A stretch of 30,992 bases of DNA, taken from the NCBI GenBank assembly GCA_046539285.1, contig JBKHHH010000005.1, positions 1 to 30,992 of the forward strand. Direction: 5' to 3'. This document shows positions 14,238 to 20,943 of this stretch, one piece after another. Position 1 is the first letter of the stretch. Every line of letters begins with the position of its first letter. Position numbers and translations under genes: made by a program. The notes beneath the pieces were generated by a model. The model saw only the letters and a program-made list of their open reading frames with translations, was not told where the DNA came from and made no database searches. This DNA comes from Candidatus Aenigmatarchaeota archaeon (GTDB taxonomy: Archaea; Aenigmatarchaeota; Aenigmatarchaeia; PWEA01).

Positions 14238-14783
14238 ATGGATAAGATGGAGATACTGACCGCGCTTTTGGTAGGGATCTGGATCTTTATTCCCGCCTAC
14301 GCCGCCAACCTTGCCGCCCCTCTACCTAAGGGCGAGAAGAGAATGGACTTCGGCAAGAAGTTAGGCAAGAAAGACCTGCTCGGCGCGGGCAAGACCTGGG
14401 AAGGATTTCTCTTCGCCGTTCTGCTCGGCACCCTGGCCGGTGTGATACAGGTCAGCGGCTATGAGTTCCTGAACGGCTATGCGCTTCAGGCCGGTTTCTC
14501 CCTGCCGCAGCTCAGCTATACTGCAGTATTTTTCATAGCCCTGGGTTCGATGTGCGGTGACGTGGTCGCCTCCTTTTTCAAACGGCGGGTCGGTTTTGAA
14601 AGAGGAAAGAGCGTGATCCTCCTCGACCAGCTTGACTTCATACTCGGCGGCCTGGTTGCTGCCTACTTTTTCCTGACGCTGCAGCCCTTGCCTCTGTTTT
14701 TGGTATTGGTGATTACACCCGTCCTCCACTACGGCTTCAACCTACTGGGCTATGAGCTCGGCTACAAGGAGGTACCCTGGTAA
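14238..14783 (+). CDS. carS: CDP-archaeol synthase
   Basis: 181 aa, 5 TM helices. IWIFIPAYAANLAAPL, LGAGKTWEGF and GDVVASFFKRRVGFERG ... LLDQLDF match the CarS (DUF46) family. Confidence 0.65.
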   Translation: MDKMEILTALLVGIWIFIPAYAANLAAPLPKGEKRMDFGKKLGKKDLLGAGKTWEGFLFAVLLGTLAGVIQVSGYEFLNGYALQAGFSLPQLSYTAVFFIALGSMCGDVVASFFKRRVGFERGKSVILLDQLDFILGGLVAAYFFLTLQPLPLFLVLVITPVLHYGFNLLGYELGYKEVPW

Positions 14784-15430
14784 TGAAGATAGATCTGCAT
14801 GTCCACAGCTCTTTCTCTGGCGACTCCTCGACTTCACCTCAGGATATGATAATTGAAGCCAAGAAGAAGGGACTGGACGGCCTGGCCTTTACGGACCACA
14901 ACATGATCGGGGCCTACGACCGGGCCAGGGAGTTTGCGGAGGCGAGAGACTTTCTGCTCATACCCGGTGTAGAAATAAGCACTGATCACGGCCACGTACT
15001 TCTGATCGGGGTCAACGACCTACCAGCCTCAAAGAAGTTCGAAGACGTTTTGAAGTTTGCTAAGGACAGTAATGCCGCCACTATAGCCGCCCATCCCTTT
15101 ACCCGGACCAGGCCCGGGATGGAGAAGGATTTCGTCCGCAGGACGGACGCAGTAGAGATAATCAACACCAGAACTCTGGCCAGATGCAACCGGAAGGCAG
15201 AGGAATACGTCCGAGAGAGGTCGTTGGTCGGGACGGCCGGATCCGACGCCCACCGGAAGGAGGAGCTGGGTCAGGTCTGGAACGAGATCGAAGCCAAGGA
15301 CTGGAGGGAGGTCGTGAAGAGGATAAAACAGGGTCAGGTGACCGTCGGAGGCGAGAACCCCAGCTTCTCGCAAGTTCTCGGTTCCCGTTCCCGCAGCTGG
15401 ATCCGGGAACTGAAGGAGGTTTTCAGATGA
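14783..15430 (+). CDS. PHP-domain metal-dependent phosphoesterase
   Basis: KIDLHVHSSFSGDS (HxH), FTDHN, PGVEIST, AAHPF and GSDAH give the PHP metal-ligand series. The start overlaps the carS stop (TAATG). Confidence 0.7.
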   Translation: MKIDLHVHSSFSGDSSTSPQDMIIEAKKKGLDGLAFTDHNMIGAYDRAREFAEARDFLLIPGVEISTDHGHVLLIGVNDLPASKKFEDVLKFAKDSNAATIAAHPFTRTRPGMEKDFVRRTDAVEIINTRTLARCNRKAEEYVRERSLVGTAGSDAHRKEELGQVWNEIEAKDWREVVKRIKQGQVTVGGENPSFSQVLGSRSRSWIRELKEVFR

Positions 15431-16233
15431 TCCAGGACTTCATCTACAGACACTTCATCGCCCTTTCGGGCAAGTACTACACGCTACCGTCCACCCTCAT
15501 CTATGCCCTGCTCTTCGCGATTACTGTTTTCCTGGTCTACAAGTACGTGCTCAAAAAGATGCCGTTTGAAGTCGATAAAAAGTTCCTCTACTCCCTGGCT
15601 CCTTTCATCGTTCTGGGTGGAATGACACGGGTCTTGAGAGACGCCGGTTTCTATGAAGGATTTTTCTTCGTCACACCCGGTGTCTACATAACCATCTTCT
15701 TTCTCGGCCTCGGTTCGCTGATAGCCTCACTCGGTCTCGAAAAATACCTGGAAAGGGACTGGAACCCCGGCTACCACGTCTGGATGTTCGCCTTCGGCTC
15801 GCTTTTCTCTCTGCTCAGCCTGGTTCAGATAATAAGGATCGGTCTGCCCAACCTGAGGGCTATGGGCATGGTGCTGGCTCTGGTCGCGGGCTGGAGCCTG
15901 GCCTTCTATCCGGTGACAAAATTCTTCCCTCGGTACCTGTCTCGCCTGAACTACTTCATCCTGATTTCACATCTCTTCGACGGGAGCTCGACCTTTGTAT
16001 CGCTCCAGTACTTCAACTACTTCGAGGAGCACGTCCTGCCCCGCTTCCTGATCGAATACACCGGGCCGTGGGTCATGTTCCCTCTCAAGATCGCCGTCAT
16101 CTGGTCCGTGCTCTACTCCGTGGACAGGTTGGTCGAAGAAGAAGACCTGAGAACCTGGCTGAAGATAGTGATTCTCGCACTGGGACTCGGTCTCGCCGTC
16201 CGGAATGTCTTCCGGGCCACGATGCTAGTCTAG
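15427..16233 (+). CDS. polytopic membrane protein (possibly DUF63-type), hypothetical
   Basis: 268 aa from ATG 15427, which overlaps the PHP stop (ATGA), with about 7 TM helices. The 81 codons upstream in the ORF track (15184-15426) are R/G-rich and overlap the PHP gene out of frame, so they are not counted. Confidence 0.55.
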   Translation: MIQDFIYRHFIALSGKYYTLPSTLIYALLFAITVFLVYKYVLKKMPFEVDKKFLYSLAPFIVLGGMTRVLRDAGFYEGFFFVTPGVYITIFFLGLGSLIASLGLEKYLERDWNPGYHVWMFAFGSLFSLLSLVQIIRIGLPNLRAMGMVLALVAGWSLAFYPVTKFFPRYLSRLNYFILISHLFDGSSTFVSLQYFNYFEEHVLPRFLIEYTGPWVMFPLKIAVIWSVLYSVDRLVEEEDLRTWLKIVILALGLGLAVRNVFRATMLV

Positions 16234-16806
16234 TTTTCTCACGCCCTTTACTGAATAGTACAGTCTTTGGAAGAAGGTGAAAATAGAAAGCCCGAAAATA
16301 ATCCAAATCCCGTAGTAGAGACTCTGACTGAAGAAAACGGTTCCTAAACTGAAAAACAGTAGTAGTATAATTCTATCGCTCCTTCCCAATAGACCTCCAT
16401 AGAGCCTTTCCTGGGTTATGGCCTGGTACTGCGTTCCTAGATAGGAAACAAGCAGGATGGAAATCACGGTTAGACTTCCCAGCCACAGAGGAACGGCCGG
16501 GTTCAGGGCGACTCCGAAGTAAACGGCGAAGTCGGCCAGTCTATCCAGCGTGTGGTCTAGAAAGTCGCCGAACTCTGTCGTCCGGTCGTACTCCTTGGCT
16601 ATCTGTCCGTCCAGGATGTCGAGAAATCCATTGAAAAAATAGAGCAGGCCGGCCAGAAGAATGTAGTCCCGGTAGAAGAAAAAACCCGAAGCCCCGGCCA
16701 CGAAGAAGGCCAGCAGGGATACGTAGTTCGGATCGATGTCGACCAGAAACGGCTTGAGTAACTTCTTCCTCAGATCCGGCTTCTTCTTTTCCAGGTCGTG
16801 GAGCAT
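16225..16806 (-). CDS. CDP-alcohol phosphatidyltransferase (archaetidyl-inositol-phosphate, -serine or -glycerophosphate synthase class)
   Basis: Exact signature D-x2-DG-x2-AR/K-x8-G-x3-D-x3-D in LDILDGQIAKEYDRTTEFGDFLDHTLDRLAD. 193 aa, 6 TM helices. The 3' end overlaps the convergent gene by 9 nt. Confidence 0.75.
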   Translation of the reverse strand: MLHDLEKKKPDLRKKLLKPFLVDIDPNYVSLLAFFVAGASGFFFYRDYILLAGLLYFFNGFLDILDGQIAKEYDRTTEFGDFLDHTLDRLADFAVYFGVALNPAVPLWLGSLTVISILLVSYLGTQYQAITQERLYGGLLGRSDRIILLLFFSLGTVFFSQSLYYGIWIIFGLSIFTFFQRLYYSVKGVRKLD

Positions 16807-16890
16807 AGTTATCCTTTTTTGGCCTTCTATTTATTATTTATCGGGTAGAATCTGTTAAGATTAAAATATCTAAAAGAAGAAAGAGTCAGT

Positions 16891-17292
16891 ATGAAGCAGA
16901 TAGATATCGAGGATCCTGCCGTGGAGAAGGTCAGACGTAAAGTAGAGGATGACCGAGGAGCCTCGGCTCTACTTCTCTTCGGGAGCCGGGCCCGGGGAAC
17001 GGAATCGGAAGGCAGCGACATAGATCTCTGCGTGGTTCTCAATCCGGACCTAAAGAAAGACGAAGTCTTCGATAAGACTTTGGAGTACCTATCTCTCGAA
17101 ACGGAGAAAATCGATATCTCTATCTTCCAGAACCTTCCTGTTGTCGTCAAGAAGAAGATCTTTGAGGAAGGGGACATAGTTTTTTCCAAGGACATCGACC
17201 TGGTCTACGATCTGGCCTTCCAGACCATCAAGGAGTATGACGACTTCCGCAAGTATTACGAGGACTACCTCGAGGGTGTTAAAAATGCCTGA
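16891..17292 (+). CDS. MNT-type nucleotidyltransferase antitoxin
   Basis: LLLFGSRARGTESEGSDIDLCVV is the GSxxxG...SDxD minimal nucleotidyltransferase motif. ATTAAAATATC box about 21-31 nt upstream of the ATG. Confidence 0.75.
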   Translation: MKQIDIEDPAVEKVRRKVEDDRGASALLLFGSRARGTESEGSDIDLCVVLNPDLKKDEVFDKTLEYLSLETEKIDISIFQNLPVVVKKKIFEEGDIVFSKDIDLVYDLAFQTIKEYDDFRKYYEDYLEGVKNA

Positions 17293-17695
17293 AAAGAGAG
17301 TACTTGAGAAGATCGATAAACTTGAAGGCTATTTAGACGAGATAGAAGGAGCCATGCCCCTTACCTTTGAGGAATATCGAAAGGGGTATAGAAAAAGAGC
17401 TCTGGAAAGACTCCTTCAGGTGTCGATTGAAACTATTATAGATGTCTGCAACCTCATTCTAAAGGAAGAGAAGTTCGGTGTTCCCAGCGATGAAGAAGAT
17501 GTATTCTCAAAGCTATCTCAAGAGGAGGTTCTGAACGAGTCTCTGGCCGATGCATTGAGGAAGATGAGAGGTTTCAGAAACATCCTAGTTCATAGATACG
17601 GCGAGGTCGATGACAGAAAGGTTTTTAAGTTTTTAGAAAACGAGTTGGATGATTTCTCACTCTTTATATCAAAAATAAAATCCTATCTGAACTAG
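17285..17695 (+). CDS. HepT (DUF86, HEPN-domain) RNase toxin
   Basis: FRNILVHRYGEVD contains the Rx4HxY HEPN motif. ATG 17285 overlaps the MNT gene by 8 nt (the ORF-track start at 17237 lies inside the MNT gene). Confidence 0.75.
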   Translation: MPEKRVLEKIDKLEGYLDEIEGAMPLTFEEYRKGYRKRALERLLQVSIETIIDVCNLILKEEKFGVPSDEEDVFSKLSQEEVLNESLADALRKMRGFRNILVHRYGEVDDRKVFKFLENELDDFSLFISKIKSYLN

Positions 17696-17755
17696 GGGCA
17701 TTTTGTTTGTCCGGTTTGGATAAGATTATAAACTTCGCTCCTATATACTTTTTCC

Positions 17756-18100
17756 ATGATGAAACAGGTTATCGTCGTCAGAAAGGACCTCGGTCTTTCG
17801 GCTGGAAAGCTGGCTGCTCAGGCCTGCCATGCCTCCCTCAAAGCCTGGAAAAAGGTGGAAAAGGATAAGAGAAACGATTGGGAGAGTAGTGGTGGGAAGA
17901 AAGTAATTCTCGCGGCGAAGGACGAAGAAGAGCTGATCGAGATCAAGCGTAATGCGGACCGGGCTCGGTTGCCCAACGCCCTGATCCGAGACGCCGGACT
18001 GACCGAGATAGAGCCGGGAACGAAGACGGCCCTGGCCATCGGACCGGAAAGGGAAGAAAAACTGAACAAGGTAACCGGACACCTCCCGCTCTTGAAGTAA
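17756..18100 (+). CDS. pth2: peptidyl-tRNA hydrolase, archaeal/eukaryotic Pth2 type
   Basis: VIVVRKDLGLSAGKLAAQACHAS ... GGKKVIL ... IRDAGLTEIEPGTKTALAIGP ... VTGHLPLL matches Pth2 throughout. GATTATAAAC box 24-33 nt upstream. Confidence 0.85.
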   Translation: MMKQVIVVRKDLGLSAGKLAAQACHASLKAWKKVEKDKRNDWESSGGKKVILAAKDEEELIEIKRNADRARLPNALIRDAGLTEIEPGTKTALAIGPEREEKLNKVTGHLPLLK

Positions 18101-18110
18101 CCACGACTTC

Positions 18111-18120
18111 TATTTTTTGG
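18111..18120 (+). terminator. oligo-T tract downstream of pth2
   Basis: The sequence tattttttgg begins 11 nt after the pth2 stop. Archaeal termination typically uses T runs. Confidence 0.3.
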
Positions 18121-18140
18121 ATCTGACGTGCAAAATTTTA

Positions 18141-18155
18141 AGTATTGTAAATACT
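18141..18155. promoter_or_regulatory. perfect 6-3-6 palindrome AGTATT-gta-AATACT in the RelE-module promoter (candidate operator)
   Basis: Read directly from the sequence. It lies between an AAATTTTAAG TATA-like box (18132-18141) and the antitoxin start. Confidence 0.35.
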
Positions 18156-18167
18156 ATAACTATTTAC

Positions 18168-18359
18168 GTGACACAGAAAACCAAACGGGTTCCAGTTTCC
18201 AAGGAAATTTGGCAGGATTTGGGTAGAATGAAAGAGGCTGGTGAAACCTACGATGAACTTTTGAAGAAGATGATCAGAGATTATCAGAGGCATAAACTTG
18301 CTGAAAAGGCCAGAGAGGCCAGAAAAGGAAAGGGCAAATGGATCAAGCTAGATGATTAG
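18168..18359 (+). CDS. putative antitoxin of the RelE-like module
   Basis: A small basic/helical protein (…TQKTKRVPVSKEIWQDLGRMKEAGETYDELLKKMIRDYQ…) ending 3 nt before the toxin ATG. The start is uncertain: in-frame GTG at 18168, or ATG at 18117, which would run through the promoter-like A/T region. Confidence 0.45.
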   Translation: MTQKTKRVPVSKEIWQDLGRMKEAGETYDELLKKMIRDYQRHKLAEKAREARKGKGKWIKLDD

Positions 18360-18362
18360 AAG

Positions 18363-18653
18363 ATGCCGGGTTATGAAGTCTATTTATCTGAAGATGCAGA
18401 TGATTTTTTAAGTTCTGTGGATGCTAAAAGTCAGAGGATTTGCAAAAATAATCTCAAAAAGTTAAAGTCAGATCCTTATCCTGGTCGAGGTAGTGGAGAT
18501 AAAGAGAAAATAATTGTTGAGGGAGAAGAGGTCTATAGGTTGCATATAGGAAGAAGTTATACAGCTTTTTACGTAATAGTTGAAAAGGATAATGTTGTCC
18601 GAGTTTTGGAAATCATGACTATAGATGAGGCACACAAAAAATATGGTTATTGA
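18363..18653 (+). CDS. RelE/ParE-superfamily toxin
   Basis: 96 aa. …KKLKSDPYPG…YRLHIGRSYTAFYVIVEKDNVVRVLEIMTIDEAHKKY follows the RelE/StbE pattern (YRxRIGdYRaiY…v.v..i.hR…Y). Confidence 0.6.
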   Translation: MPGYEVYLSEDADDFLSSVDAKSQRICKNNLKKLKSDPYPGRGSGDKEKIIVEGEEVYRLHIGRSYTAFYVIVEKDNVVRVLEIMTIDEAHKKYGY

Positions 18654-18694
18654 TTCGTCAAATGAGTTATTTTTGAGGTTTTCATGTGATTTCT

Positions 18695-19858
18695 ATGAAC
18701 AGGGGAGAACTGTGTGGGATGAGAGCCTATACTACCGAAGAGATGGACCTCTCCGGAACTGTAAAGTCCAGGCCGGACGACTTCCAGGTCGAAGAGATCC
18801 CGACCGACTTCTCCCTGGGAAACAAGTTCGGCATCTATCGTCTCGAGAAGACGAACTTGACCACCTGGCAGGCCGTCAACCAAATCAGCAGCAAGCTCAA
18901 TATTTCTTCAAGAAGGATCGGTTACGCCGGCCTCAAAGACCGGAGAGCAATCACAAAACAACATATCTCGATCCGGGGCTTCCAGAAGCAAGACGTCGTG
19001 ATAGACGACGATAAAATAGAACTGTCCTTTGTCTGTACTTCTTCAAAACCGATTAAATCAGGCGACCTGAAGGGGAACAAGTTCATCGTAACTATACGGG
19101 ATATAGATAAGTCGGAAAGAAAATGTAGGAAACTTCTTGAGAGAAAAAGGAAACAGATAAAGAAGGAAGGAATACCTAACTTCTACGGAACGCAGCGTTT
19201 CGGCGGAAAAAGAGCTGTGACCCACTTGTTGGGAAAGGAACTCCTGAAGAGAAACTACAAAGAAGCCATCATGGCCTATCTAACCGAGACCTCGGAAAGG
19301 GAGAACGATAGAACCCAGAAGGCAAGAGATAGACTCAAAGACGAAGAAGATTTTGAAGAAGCAACGGACTACTTTCCCCGTAACCTGGACTACGAAAGAA
19401 AGCTCATTAAGCGAATAGTGGATAGCTCGCCCCAATGGAATGAGGACTGGCTAAAGGTTCTCCAGGCCCTGCCCAAGAACCTCCGCCGTTTGTTCGTCCA
19501 CGCCTATCAGTCCTACATCTTCAACCTCTCCCTCTCCGACCTGATCCGCGACACCAACATAAACAACTTCCCGGCCAAGGTGGTCGGCTACACGACCAAG
19601 CTGAAGGAAGACAAATTCGATCGGATGATCAAGAAAAATCTGAAGAAGGATGGAATCGAGCCCAAGGATTTCAAGTTCAAGTCGATGCCCGAGCTGTCCT
19701 CGGAGGGAGCGGTAAGGGCAGCTCTGATCAAGCCAGAGATAAAAATAGAAGATGTAAGTGAAGATAAAGCTAATCCAGGTAAAGCAGAAGCAACAGTAAG
19801 CTTTAGTCTCAAACCGGGCCGCTACGCGACCGTCGTCCTCCGCGAACTTCTAGTCTAA
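18695..19858 (+). CDS. truD: tRNA pseudouridine synthase TruD/Pus7 family
   Basis: PDDFQVEEI near the N-terminus, the catalytic-Asp motif YAGLKDRRAITKQ, and NFYGTQRFG. The start is uncertain: ATG at 18695 or 18719. The ORF-track start at 18686 is a GTG. Confidence 0.8.
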   Translation: MNRGELCGMRAYTTEEMDLSGTVKSRPDDFQVEEIPTDFSLGNKFGIYRLEKTNLTTWQAVNQISSKLNISSRRIGYAGLKDRRAITKQHISIRGFQKQDVVIDDDKIELSFVCTSSKPIKSGDLKGNKFIVTIRDIDKSERKCRKLLERKRKQIKKEGIPNFYGTQRFGGKRAVTHLLGKELLKRNYKEAIMAYLTETSERENDRTQKARDRLKDEEDFEEATDYFPRNLDYERKLIKRIVDSSPQWNEDWLKVLQALPKNLRRLFVHAYQSYIFNLSLSDLIRDTNINNFPAKVVGYTTKLKEDKFDRMIKKNLKKDGIEPKDFKFKSMPELSSEGAVRAALIKPEIKIEDVSEDKANPGKAEATVSFSLKPGRYATVVLRELLV

Positions 19859-20170
19859 CCGGCTGACTATGGTTTCTCCTTCGCCGGTCTCGACGACCGA
19901 GACCTTGGTCGTGTTGTTGTTCTTTACGCTGTTGCAGTTGCAATAACACTTGCCTTCGACATCAGTCTTGTTCTTCAGTTTGTCCGGGACGAAGTCCGTT
20001 GGGTAGCATTCACATTCTATACCTTCCTTCTGGTTTAGTTCATCTTCGAGTTCGTTGCATTCGCCGTCCAGAAGTTCGTCGGCGACGCCACCTATCTTGC
20101 TGATGCAACCGCTGCTAAATACGATAAGAGAAACCAACAGTACGGCCAGAACCACTCCTTTCTGTTTCAT
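19850..20170 (-). CDS. small secreted Cys-rich lipoprotein-like protein
   Basis: Signal peptide MKQKGVVLAVLLVSLIVFSSGC (lipobox-like SSGC), then an acidic domain with seven more Cys residues (GEC, ECECY, KCYCNC). ATG at 20170 (the ORF-track start at 20179 is a GTG). Confidence 0.5.
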   Translation of the reverse strand: MKQKGVVLAVLLVSLIVFSSGCISKIGGVADELLDGECNELEDELNQKEGIECECYPTDFVPDKLKNKTDVEGKCYCNCNSVKNNNTTKVSVVETGEGETIVSRLD

Positions 20171-20201
20171 ACTATTCACTTTAACGTCTTTTCTTTTAAA
20201 G

Positions 20202-20816
20202 TTAAAGTGTTTCCCTGAGCGTCTCTCTATTGAACTTGGTGTTCGAACACCCGTTCTTGAGAAGCGGAACGCCCTGGTAGCTGATATCCTTGCCCTCGAG
20301 CTTCTTGATGGCCAGCATGATCTCCTCGGAGCAGGCGATCCCGACCACGCCTCCGTAGTTGTTCTTCCTCATTATCTTCGGGATGCAGGAACTACCCGGG
20401 ACGATATACACATCATAGTTGTTCTCCTCACCCAGTTCGCTCGCCGCTCTGGCCGAACAGTTTTCAGAACATTTTTTACAGATGTAGGAAGACGTCTCCT
20501 GGTCGAACTCCGCCTCGCATTTGTTGTCCATGTGTTTCCGCACGCAGTGCGGAACGAACAGTGCCCTCCTATCCGTCTCCTCGAACCTGTCCTTCTCGGC
20601 CAGATTTTTGACGTGGATCTCGGCCATGTCCTCAAGCAACTGTATCGATTCCTCCATCGGCAGGCCGGTTATCTCCTTGATCCTTGTCTTCTTGACCAGC
20701 ATCTTGGCCGCCTCCCCCGCCCTATGGTGGAGGTCTTTGCTCTCGGTAAACCGGGCCACGTCCTTGAAGAAGGACTTGGAGATCTTGGTCAGGTCGAAGT
20801 CGAAGGAGTATGACAT
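20202..20816 (-). CDS. DUF116-like cysteine-rich protein
   Basis: FVPHCVRKHMDNKCEAEF...YICKKCSENC ... VYIVPGSSCIP ... GVVGIACSEE matches my recollection of the DUF116 cysteine pattern. Confidence 0.5.
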   Translation of the reverse strand: MSYSFDFDLTKISKSFFKDVARFTESKDLHHRAGEAAKMLVKKTRIKEITGLPMEESIQLLEDMAEIHVKNLAEKDRFEETDRRALFVPHCVRKHMDNKCEAEFDQETSSYICKKCSENCSARAASELGEENNYDVYIVPGSSCIPKIMRKNNYGGVVGIACSEEIMLAIKKLEGKDISYQGVPLLKNGCSNTKFNRETLRETL

Positions 20817-20885
20817 TTCTATCAGAGAAACCCTTCGAAGTTGAGCTAAATAAAACTATCCCCAGCTGTCGCTAGGCGTTGTCAG

Positions 20886-20936
20886 ATAAATAAAAAGAAA
20901 AAGGGAGGGTGAGACTAGCCTATCAAGCTAGTTCTC
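20886..20936 (-). terminator. hairpin plus T-rich tract after the S-layer gene
   Basis: Stem gagactagc (20911-20919) pairs with gctagt-tctc (20927-20936) around a 7-nt loop, 8 nt after the stop. On the minus strand it is followed by CCCUCCCUUUUUCUUUUUAUUUAU. Confidence 0.45.
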
Positions 20937-20943
20937 AGTGGTT

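Noticed and set aside
15184-15426. 81-codon N-terminal extension of the membrane-protein ORF
   Set aside because: The R/G-rich sequence overlaps the PHP gene in another frame. The ATG at 15427 forms the ATGA coupling typical of this window and begins the hydrophobic protein.
17753-17790. AUGAUGA at the pth2 start as a C-box of a C/D sRNA
   Set aside because: It is the double-Met start of a well-conserved Pth2 ORF, and no D/D' box arrangement or guide-like region could be found.
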